Source of the DNA: Psammoneis japonica
Taxonomy: Eukaryota
NCBI GenBank assembly: GCA_008632985.1
Contig: QPGO01000266.1
Coordinates: 61,438 to 81,437 of the forward strand
Direction of reading: 5' to 3'
Length of the DNA stretch: 20,000 nt
The notes below the pieces were generated by a model. That model was not told the DNA's origin. It ran no database searches and worked only from the letters and a program-made list of their open reading frames with translations. The position numbers and the translations under genes were made by a program. The first letter of the stretch is position 1. Each line of letters begins with the position of its first letter. This document shows positions 10,427 through 19,800 of the stretch, piece after piece.

Positions 10427-13283
10427 TTATTGGACGTGACATTCTGGAGACACAAGGCATTGACATTGTCTTCTCTAAACAAATGACAGAGTGGCCATTG
10501 GTCAATGGAGAAGTGCCAATGAGGCACGTAGATGCTACGGTAAAAACCTCCTTCTATCTTCAAGATCCAGAAGCCTTATCTTCGGAAATCTTCGGAAACC
10601 GACTGGATTTCACGTATTTTAGACGCCAAGTGCACGCCGGCCTGCCTCGAGGACATAACGCGAGAGGCAATAGGACTTTCTACAGTTCAACAAAACGACC
10701 TTTTGGCACTATTGAAATGCCATGAGTCCTTATTTGATGGGACATTAGGAGAATGGAAGGGAGAACCCTACCACATCCAACTCAAGGAGGGTGTAGAACC
10801 ATGCCACGCTCGTCCGTATAAAGTACCTCGTGCATACGAAGAAATGCTACGTAAGGAAGTAGAACGCCTAGTGCATATCGGTGTTCTCAAACGCGTTAAC
10901 CGATCCCAATGGGCAGCTCCATCATTTATCATACCGAAGAAAGACTTAATGGTACGCTTTATTAATGATTTCAGAGAGCTGAATAAACGGATCAAGCGAT
11001 TGCCTTATCCGATTCCTCATATCCAAGATATGCTACTTGAGCTCGAAGGCTTTATGTGGGCTACATCGCTGGATTTAAACATGGGCTATTATCACATCTG
11101 ATTGGATGCTGATAGCAAGAAGCTCTGCACGCTCATCTTCCCATGGGGCAAGTATGAGATGCAGGTATTGCCCATGGGATTATGTAATTCGCCAGACATT
11201 TTCCAAGAACGCATGTCAGGCTTATTTGAAGATCTATCGTTCGTTCGAACGTACTTAGATGACCTTCTCGTCGTGACGAAAGGCACCTATGAAGATCACC
11301 TCAACAAACTTGAAGAAGTTTTATTGAGGGTCCAGAAAGCAGGACTAAAAGTTATCGCAACTAAATCTCATTTCTGTCAAACCCAATTAGAATACTTGGG
11401 TTATCTGGTCAACAGAGACGGAATACAACCAATACCTAATAAAGTCGACGCCATTAAGCGAATCGCGACCCCAACCAATAAACGCGACCTACGGTCATTT
11501 ATTGGTGTGGTGAACTACTACCGTGACGCGTGGATTAGACGTTCTGAAGTCTTGGCTCCGCTAACACGACTCGTAAGCGAGACTGTTAAGTGGGAGTGGA
11601 CGTCCGTTGAAGACGAGGCGTTCGAAACCGTTAAACGGGTGATATCGGATGATATCTTATTATCACATCCTGATTTTAATAAACCCTTTGAGATACATAC
11701 CGATGCCTCTAAATATCAATTGGGAGCAGTTATATCCCAAGATAATAAACCTGTCGCCTTTTACAGCAGAAAGCTTAATAGTGCGCAATTAAATTATACA
11801 ACAACGGAGAGAAAATTGCTCGCCATTGTGGAGACGTTGAAAAAATTTCGAACGATTCTCCTTGGTCATCGTATAATTATATATACTGATCATAAAAATC
11901 TTACGTACAAAGTATTCAATACCGAGCGCGTTATGCGCTGGCGGTTAATATGCGAAGAATACGGTCCCGAATTACGCTATGTTAAGGGTACCCATAACTT
12001 AGTCGCTGACGCTCTTAGTCCTTCGGCTAGCACCCAGCTTGCCTTCCAAGGCCAATCCGGATGTAAAAGACACTCCATCGAGTCGTCCTTTGCATGAAGC
12101 TTTTAATGCAGACGCGCAAGACGACATATCTCTGCCTATTAGCTTCAAGCGCATTCAAAAAGCACAACAAAAGGACAAGCACCTACTCTCACGAGCTAAG
12201 GACTCGTCCGACTACTCCATTCGCGCGTATCGTGGGGGAGGGTCATCACGACAGTTAATCTGTCATAAGGACAAAATCGCAGTACCACAGTCATTGCAGG
12301 TTCCGCTAACTGAATGGTACCACGAGACACTGTGTCATCCAGGTGAGACACGTACGGAAATATCTATTGCCCAGCACTTCTACTGGCCTAGTATGAGGTC
12401 TATGGTGCATTCTACGTGCGTTAAGTGCGATCGATGCCAGAAGACAAAACGCCGAACGCAGCATTATGGGAAGCTACCAGAAAAGGTCGCAGAGATAATT
12501 CCATGGGAGACTCCATGCATGGATGTGACAGGGCCATATAAAATTCAAAGATGCGGAAAGGACACTTTGCAATTATGGGCAGTCACAATGATTGACCCAG
12601 CAACCGGGTGGTTCGAGATTGAAGAAGTGTCTACGAAACGCGCAGACGTCGTAGCAAACGTCGTGGAACAAACGTGGCTATGCAGACATCCGTGGCCAAC
12701 CCAGGTGGTTTATGACCGTGGGACAGAATTTATGGCAGAATTTAGCCAGATGATTAAAAATGACTATGGGATTTTGAAGAAACCCATAAGCAAGCGGAAT
12801 CCACAGGCAAATGCCATGGTGGAACGTGTGCACCAGACACTTGGTAACATGGTACGTTCCTTTTCAGTACAGGATATGGAACTGGACGAAGATGACCCAT
12901 GGAGTGGCATCCTCTCCGCAGTAGCCTTCGCTATTAGAGCTACGGTACACACGACCACGCGTGCAAGTCCCATGCAATTGGTCTTCGGACGTGATGCGGT
13001 TTTATCTATTGCCCATCGTGCTAAGTGGAAGTACATAGAAACCAGAAAACAGAAGCTTATTCACTTAAATAACAAGCGTAAAAATCAGAAATGCAAGGAG
13101 CACCAACACACCGTAGGGCAATTGGTACTTATCAAACAGGAACAATCCTCTAAATACGGTTCTGACAGCCATGCAGGGCCCACCAGAGTTGTCCGTGTAT
13201 ATGACAACGGCACGTTGCGTATCCAGAACGGAGCGCTGATAGATACGTACAATCTACGGCAGATTGTACCCTATCACCAGTAA
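10312..13283 (+). pseudogene. pol: Gypsy Pol (half protease, RT, RNase H, integrase), disrupted
   Basis: YDMIIGRD (PR C-half); WAAPSF, DFRELN, LDLNMGYYHI, LPMG, YLDD (RT); TDAS, YTDHKNL, ADALS (RNase H); H..LCHPG..CxxC, YDRGTEF, NPQANAMVERVH (IN). Lesions: 10-bp duplication 10578-10597, TGA at 11099-11101, 4-nt insertion at about 12020-12023. Confidence 0.95.
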
Positions 13284-13313
13284 GACATCCTGTCACTTAA
13301 CCGCCCTGATCAT

Positions 13314-13320
13314 GGGGGAG
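13314..13320 (+). other. Polypurine tract of the Gypsy element
   Basis: GGGGGAG ends 2 nt before the 3' LTR. Confidence 0.85.
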
Positions 13321-13322
13321 TG

Positions 13323-13753
13323 TGCAGTATGCCTCGCTGCTGGACAACACGGCGAGACCGTGCATAAGCCTCTTGTACGTGGCAACGTAGTATTGTTAAC
13401 GCGTACCTGGGAAGCACGACCACAGGAGGGCGTGGCTCTAGGTCTTAGGCAATTCCAGAAGGATGCTAAGAGAGCATCCGTGTGAAGCACACTAGCCCGT
13501 CGTCTGGCCCACGATGGTAGCGTGATTCCACACGATGACATCACTCGTGCATAGCGCGTGATGGCTTGATTCGCACGATCCATAATGCGAACGCACGATC
13601 GATTTGATACGATCCAAATGCGAACGAATAGGGATTTGGCAAGATTCCCTATTCGCACGATCCCACTTTCTCTACTCTAAACTAGCTCATAATTTTCACA
13701 ACGACAAAGTCGTAACACATCTTCTTTTCAGCGCCTAGTACATACATAGGGCA
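13323..13753 (+). repeat. Gypsy 3' LTR
   Basis: Direct repeat of 8762-9192, followed by the TSD AAAC. Confidence 0.97.
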
Positions 13754-13766
13754 AAACATCACATGG

Positions 13767-13826
13767 GACTATTTACGAAAAAAACACCCGTGGTGCCCAC
13801 AACAGATAGACTGCCGTTGGCAACAC
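13767..13826 (+). repeat. Copy 2 of the 60-bp direct repeat (69-bp period in the reconstructed empty site)
   Basis: Ungapped alignment to 8702-8761. Confidence 0.85.
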
Positions 13827-13952
13827 ACATTTAGCGAGAAAGCCGTTTTCATTGCAAAGTAATGGGTGCGGACTTTCGCTATATTGGGTCTGTTCCACTT
13901 AAAGAAAAAGACTGGGTACCAATTGATTTGGCAGAACAGGCAACTTCAGAGA

Positions 13953-14726
13953 ATGGCGCGGAAGTGTTCTGTGAACGGATGCCGGAAATTTGCCCGTTGG
14001 CCGACAACATTATGCCAGAAACATGGCAAGTTACTAACACGCCTGGGTGAAATGAAATCTCATGTCGTCAAGAGCAAGAAGGTGGGGTCCAAAGAAAGAG
14101 AGCACCAGGAAAGAAAAAAAGGCTACTTACAAAAATTCAAAACACCACCACCCCTGCTCAACAAGATAACAACGCTTGCAAACAAGGCACCAAGTAGGAA
14201 GGGAGAAAAGGAAGGACACCGTTTTGTCGGTGAGTTCGCCATTAACAAAAAGGAAAAGGCGGAAGGTATTGGGTTGGCAGAAAAAATGTTGGAGTTAATT
14301 CCTGGCTTTCCCCTGGTGGGTGATTTAAGCAGAAAGATGTCCCGGCACACAGCAGTAAACGCTCCTGCTTCAAGTTCAAGATCTAACTTCTGGTCAAAGG
14401 GGGAAATTCATCGCGATTACGCGGAAACAAAATTATTACCTGGTAACAAATTTTTCACCATGTTTCTGTTCCTCGATGACACGACGGAGCACAATGGTGC
14501 AGTGGAGACATGGCCGGATAGTTGTGAGGTAACATTGAATGAGAAGGAACGCGAAAGACAATTGGTTAGGTTGGGTTTGGAAAAACAATTACTGGTTGGA
14601 GAAGCAGGCACTGCATTTGTTTTTGACGCAAGAATCATGTTGCACCGAGCTTTGCCTAACAAAATGAATTCGGATCGAAGGAACATGGCATGTCTAGTCC
14701 ATAATTTCGACACAGTAAGTGTGTGA
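13953..14726 (+). CDS. PhyH-like 2-oxoglutarate/Fe(II) dioxygenase with an N-terminal CxxxGC..LCxxHG zinc finger and basic linker
   Basis: MARKCSVNGCRKFA..LCQKHG; Lys-rich linker; IHRD (HxD), FLFLDD..NGAVETWPDS, GEAGTAFVFDARIMLHRALPN (distal His) and a downstream Arg (SDRR). First in-frame ATG at 13953; ORF uninterrupted. Confidence 0.78.
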   Translation: MARKCSVNGCRKFARWPTTLCQKHGKLLTRLGEMKSHVVKSKKVGSKEREHQERKKGYLQKFKTPPPLLNKITTLANKAPSRKGEKEGHRFVGEFAINKKEKAEGIGLAEKMLELIPGFPLVGDLSRKMSRHTAVNAPASSSRSNFWSKGEIHRDYAETKLLPGNKFFTMFLFLDDTTEHNGAVETWPDSCEVTLNEKERERQLVRLGLEKQLLVGEAGTAFVFDARIMLHRALPNKMNSDRRNMACLVHNFDTVSV

Positions 14727-15679
14727 ACATAGTAAGCGTGTGAACAAGTGTGTGTTGGAATACAAAACTAGCGAAGTAGTAAGTTGACATAGGTACAAAG
14801 TGGGTTTGTGTAGAGGGCTAATAAACAATGCATTGCTTACATAGACGACAGTTACATCACAAACAAAGTGAAATTGCAAAGTTACCCACTTTTGGCAGGC
14901 TTGAATTTACGTTTGATGTCAGACCCTAGGTCGTTCCTAGTGGAATGCCTAGTCTCCACGGCATCGTCTCTTTTCTTGGTGCACTTGTGAAGTAGGTGCC
15001 TGTCGACACCGCCTCCCCACGATAGATTGTCTGGACAGGCAGGAACAAAGAATGCTTCATGCCTCCATTTGTGCGTATAAACACAAAACATCATGTCCAG
15101 TGAAATAACAATGGCACCTTCAGGACACTCGTTGGACAGCTTCTCCTTGAGTTGGTTCTGTGGACGCGTTCCAGCCCCAGGTGGGACTCCGTGTGACATT
15201 GGGCCCGTAGAATTCTACGTGCGAGCTCCGTAGTACGAGAATTTAATTAATGGATATATTTATCTTCAACATCAAATAAACGGCCAAGTTTGTGGCACAA
15301 TTATGCCTCTCACCACTCGACGTTTTTGCAAATGCGCCTGCCCTATGCGATTCTTAAGACATTAAAGAATCGCGCTGTAACAAAAAATGTCAAAAGTTGT
15401 TGGACGGATCGCTCAATAAGTGTACCGTAAAATGACACAAAATGTCGAAAAAATCACGTAGAAATCTACGTGCGCGACATACGACGTGATTCAAAAAACT
15501 GTCGATGTCACAGTTCAGCAGTACGAGGTCCCACCTAGACCTGGAACGCGTCTGTGTCGCGTTGTTGTCAAAAAGCATTCGCCCATTGTAGTTATTGAAA
15601 AAATCTTTAAGTTGTTCAGACGGTACAACCGACGAACAGCATCGTCTTCAGAGAGGAAGTCCTGATTGATCAGGGCAGG

Positions 15680-15955
15680 TGACAGGATTTGAACAGGATT
15701 TAGGTGCGCGCGAAATATCGCGAGCTGTTTAGTTTCCCGCGCACAGTTTTGTGTGCTTTAGTTCTGCACGTTTGCACGCGATGTAGTTTCCTTTCGAGCC
15801 ACAAGGCTCACAAAAATAATAACAATAGCCCGATTATACCGACTTACACGTCTTTCGGCTCCTGTAACGGTCTCTGAGCGGAGACTCATCTGCCATTTAG
15901 ACAGCAGTAAGGAGTTGTTGTTTGAATTCTTGCCATTTGCCTTCATTTTCTGTCA
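15680..15955 (+). repeat. Candidate Copia 5' LTR (276 bp)
   Basis: Bounded by the inverted repeat TGACAG(GATTTGAA)...(TTCATTTT)CTGTCA and followed immediately by a tRNA-complementary 11-mer. The second LTR is outside the window. Confidence 0.65.
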
Positions 15956-15966
15956 GATTAACAGTC
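15956..15966 (+). other. Candidate primer-binding site complementary to the tRNA-Asn(GUU) anticodon arm
   Basis: GATTAACAGTC; its reverse complement GA-CT-GTT-AA-TC has anticodon stem-loop layout. Confidence 0.6.
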
Positions 15967-16785
15967 TTGCTCATTGTCAACCCATTGAGCAACCGCCATC
16001 ATCGTCGTTGATTTACCGACGACGCCATTTCAATTCTGCGTGGACCTCCGTATATGTTCTACGTACATCGGCAAGTCTACGCGCATTCAATGCCAGGCAT
16101 CGGCAGGAAGTTAACGTCACCGTCAAGTCTCCTTACCGCTGGATATCTGGATTGATTATACTACCTTTTATCGCTGAAGACATACATTCAACGGTCACAT
16201 CCAAGTCTATCCTTGATCCTCATCCCTCAATATACCCATTCATCGGTTAACGGTCAAGAACCCTACACATTCAAGGCTCTTCGTCGCTGAGGACACACAT
16301 ACACACATATCTTCACGGCCAAGAACTTGTACCCACTCTTTGGACTACGGCTTTGCTGCCACTCTACAAGCACACAGAGTCCATTGTACCTGATCTACCC
16401 CGGACTACTGGTGCTCTACAGTTCTGCCAGGTCTACGAGGATGACTGTGAGAGCAAGTAGCCGTGATTACAGCCTACGTTGGGGCGAGGGTGTTTTCCCG
16501 CGTTTGTTCGTTCGTCCACAGCGCCTAACGCCTACGTCAACTGGCCAGCCTGATCGGGAAATCCAACCGATATAAAATAAGAACGGTTCGGGGGTCTTGT
16601 CCACCTCTAGTCAGCTTACCTGCAGGGGTTTACAACCCGCTACTCCGCTCATAATCAACCCAAAGCACCACTAGCTGCGGGTTCGGACGTGCCGGCACAA
16701 CTCTACGGACCGGATAGGAAGTTTAGCACTTAACAACGAACGGGATAGCACAGCCCGGCGACTTCTGATTTTAAGGTAGTTCAAG

Positions 16786-16820
16786 ATTTCAAGTCAAGTC
16801 TATTTCAAGTCAAGTCTATT
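16786..16820 (+). repeat. 16-bp tandem repeat (ATTTCAAGTCAAGTCT x2) in the Copia leader
   Basis: Direct reading; more CAAGTCT copies lie near 16124, 16202 and 16834. Confidence 0.85.
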
Positions 16821-16891
16821 CTCACCCAAGTTTCAAGTCTACCTTCGCTTCCCAACAAGAATTGCTTGTCCTGACACCACTTTTGTCTACC

Positions 16892-19800
16892 ATGGTTCTC
16901 ACTCGTCAGCAACAAACTGATGGTTTCAAGCACGTTGTTGGAACCGTGCTTGCCCAAGGTGCTGGGAGCCCTCTTCGTTTGGCTTTGACCCAAGACGGCA
17001 CGGACTCGTGTCAAGAACTGTTCACGTTCATGCCGTCCCAAATCGACTCGCTTGAGTACGATAACGGCACTAATGTGATCCCTTTGCCCCGCGGTTATAA
17101 GAACATGTTAGCAGCTCTAATTAGTCTGTACATTGTCAAAGCACACGAAGGTCTTGACATTGCCAATGACTCCTCGTTGTCCACGCATGATGAGTTCCTT
17201 GCCTACCGCCTCAGCCCCGACTGCATGTCTTCTGTGTCCGTCGGCAGCTCGCCCCTCGCACCTCCGCATGTCACCAACCCGACCAAGGCACGCGACCCGG
17301 TACGAGACTTCAAGCGAGGCATCAAGCGTGACCCCACCGCTTTCACGGCTCTCAAATCCGACAAGCAGTGGCACACTTGGCACACCTCACTTGTGGCACA
17401 AGCCCGTGCCCAAGACGTCGAGTGCATTCTAGACTCGTCGTACAAACCGACCAGCCCCGAAGACAAACTGCTCTTTGCTGAACAGCAAAAGTACATGTTC
17501 GCCGTCTTTGAACGCATCCTTCTCACCAACAAGGGCAAGGCTCTCATTCGCGAAAATGTGGGGTCTTCTGACGCCCAGACCGTCTACCGCGCCTTGTCTG
17601 AGCATGCGCTCGCCTCCACCCGCGCATCTGTCGAGTCCTCCACCTTGCTCACGTACCTTACCACCGCACGTCTTGGTGATGGTACTTGGAAAGGTCCGAC
17701 CCACGGGTTCATCCTTCATTGGCAAGATCAGTTGCGCAAGTACGAGGCACTCATCCCGGCCAGTGACCACTTCTCTGAAGGACAGAAGCGCGTCATGCTC
17801 GAGAATGCCGTACATCCTGTCGAGGAACTTCGTGCTGTCAAGAACCAAGCTGATCAGCATCGTATGCAGAGTGGCAAGAGCCTCACATACGATCAATGTT
17901 GTGGCTTGCTCCTCTCCGCGGCGGCTCAGTACGACAGTACGTTTCAACCCAAGACGACACCTCGAGCTCCCCAACGCGCCATATACGCACACGACGTCTA
18001 CTCCGAGGAACCGTCCGATGATGTGTTCTACGACATTGACAGCGACATTGACGTCCTTCAGGCTAATGCTGCCTACACCCGTGGTCCCAGCCTCACCGGT
18101 GACCAATGGAAACGTCTCCCTCCCGACCACCAACGGATTTGGGATTCGTTGCCCCATTCCTCCAAGGCGATCATCCTTGAGCATTCTCATCCACCTCCCC
18201 GCAACCCGCGAGCCAGCAACTACCATGAGTCCGTTACGGCCAACCTTCACGACCAACGCCTTGGGAGTGACGGTGATGTCAACTTGTCCAACACGACTCC
18301 TGCTGACTCTGGTGACCCCGCTCCAAATGTGGATGCCACTTCGGATAATCCCATCCTGGCGCACCTCACCAAGCGCAAGCCACTGCCACCCGGTGATCTG
18401 CAACGCCTGTTGTCTCCTAACCAAGCCCCCAATGCTAGTCGACCGGGGCCATCCGCCGCTCCCTCTACCTCGCCAGCTCCCACCAATGACATAGAACTTA
18501 ACGGCCGCACTTACCGCCGCGTTAATAACCACAATGTCATTTACTCTGCCTCTGCTCATCGCTCCACACGCACTGGTGCTCTAGTCGATCGTGGGGCCAA
18601 CGGCGGCATTGCTGGCAACGACGTTCACGTCATTGCACGCACCTCTCGCCAAGTCGACGTTCAGGGCATTGACGACCATCAATTGGTGGACATCCCTGTT
18701 GTCACCGCTGGTGCCGTCATTGAGACACAGCGTGGTCCCGTCATCGCCATCCTCCATCAGTGCGCATGCACGGGAAAGGGCAAGACCATTCATTCCTGCG
18801 GCCAGCTCGAATGGTACAAACAGGATGTCAACGATCGCTCTGTCAAGGTGCCCAACGGCTTGCAACGTATTGCCACCCCTGATGGCTATGTCATCCCAAT
18901 TGACATCAAGGGCGGCCTGCCTTATGTTGCCATGCGACCTTACACTGATGCCGAATGGGACACCCTGCCCCATGTCATCCTTGCCGGTGATGACACATGG
19001 GATCCTTCTGTCCTCGATCACTCTGTCACTGACGACGACCAGTGGTACGATGCGATCTCTGACCTACAGGACGATCCCACTGCCAACCTATTTGATGAAT
19101 ACGGCAACTACCGTCATCGTGTTGTTGTCAACAAGACCATCATGTCCGCCCCCTTGTCTGCCGATCACGCGTCCGCCCTCGATGATCACCTCATTCCGAA
19201 CGACGACGTGTTCTACGAGTGTCATCTACACGCGATTGACCCCAAGGACGATGACGTTCCGCCCCCGGAGCGCACTGTGCAGCCCAAGGACCCCCCCTTC
19301 GAGTCTCTTCGGCCTTGCTTTGGCTTCCTACCTACCGACACGGTCCGTCGTACTTTTGACTGCACCACGCAGTACGCCCGCATGCCCGCCGGTACACACC
19401 TTAGGAAGGCCTACAAATCGCCCAACCCCGCCCTTAATGTGCACCGCCGCAACGAGCCTGTCGCCACTGACACCGTTTATGCCGACACCCCGGCCGTCGA
19501 CTCTGGTTGCACCAGCGCCCAACTGTTTGTTGGCACCGAGTCTACTGTCACTGATGTCTACGGCACCAAAACGGACAAAGAGTTTGTCAACACACTCAAG
19601 GATCAGATCCGTGAGCATGGTGCCCCATCCAAACTCATTAGCGACCGTGCTCAAGTTGAGATCAGCAACAAGGTGCTCGGGATCCCACGAGCCCTCTTTA
19701 TCTCCAGCTGGCAAAGTGAGCCTCACCAGCAACACCAAAACTTTGCCGAGCATTGACACCAGACCGTGAAGCACATGGCAAACACTGTCATGGATCGTTT

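Larger units (their letters stand above)
8762..13753 (+). mobile_element. Ty3/Gypsy LTR retrotransposon, both LTRs present, coding-defective
   Basis: Two 431-bp TG..CA LTRs, 4-bp TSD AAAC (8758-8761 and 13754-13757), PPT, and domain order gag-PR-RT-RNaseH-IN. Confidence 0.97.

Noticed and set aside
11099..11101. In-frame TGA as programmed read-through (also 19754)
   Set aside because: It lies inside a catalytic domain at a recalled Arg position; CGA->TGA decay is the simpler explanation.
8762..13753. Classical fungal RIP (CA->TA) as the cause of the LTR differences
   Set aside because: Conserved Tyr/Leu/Ile codons are lost rather than gained, no new TAA/TAG stops appear in the TE ORFs, and the degenerate tract is TA-poor rather than TA-rich.
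14882..15199. 105-aa minus-strand ORF
   Set aside because: No assignable family; possibly a truncated gene end, so not called as a CDS.
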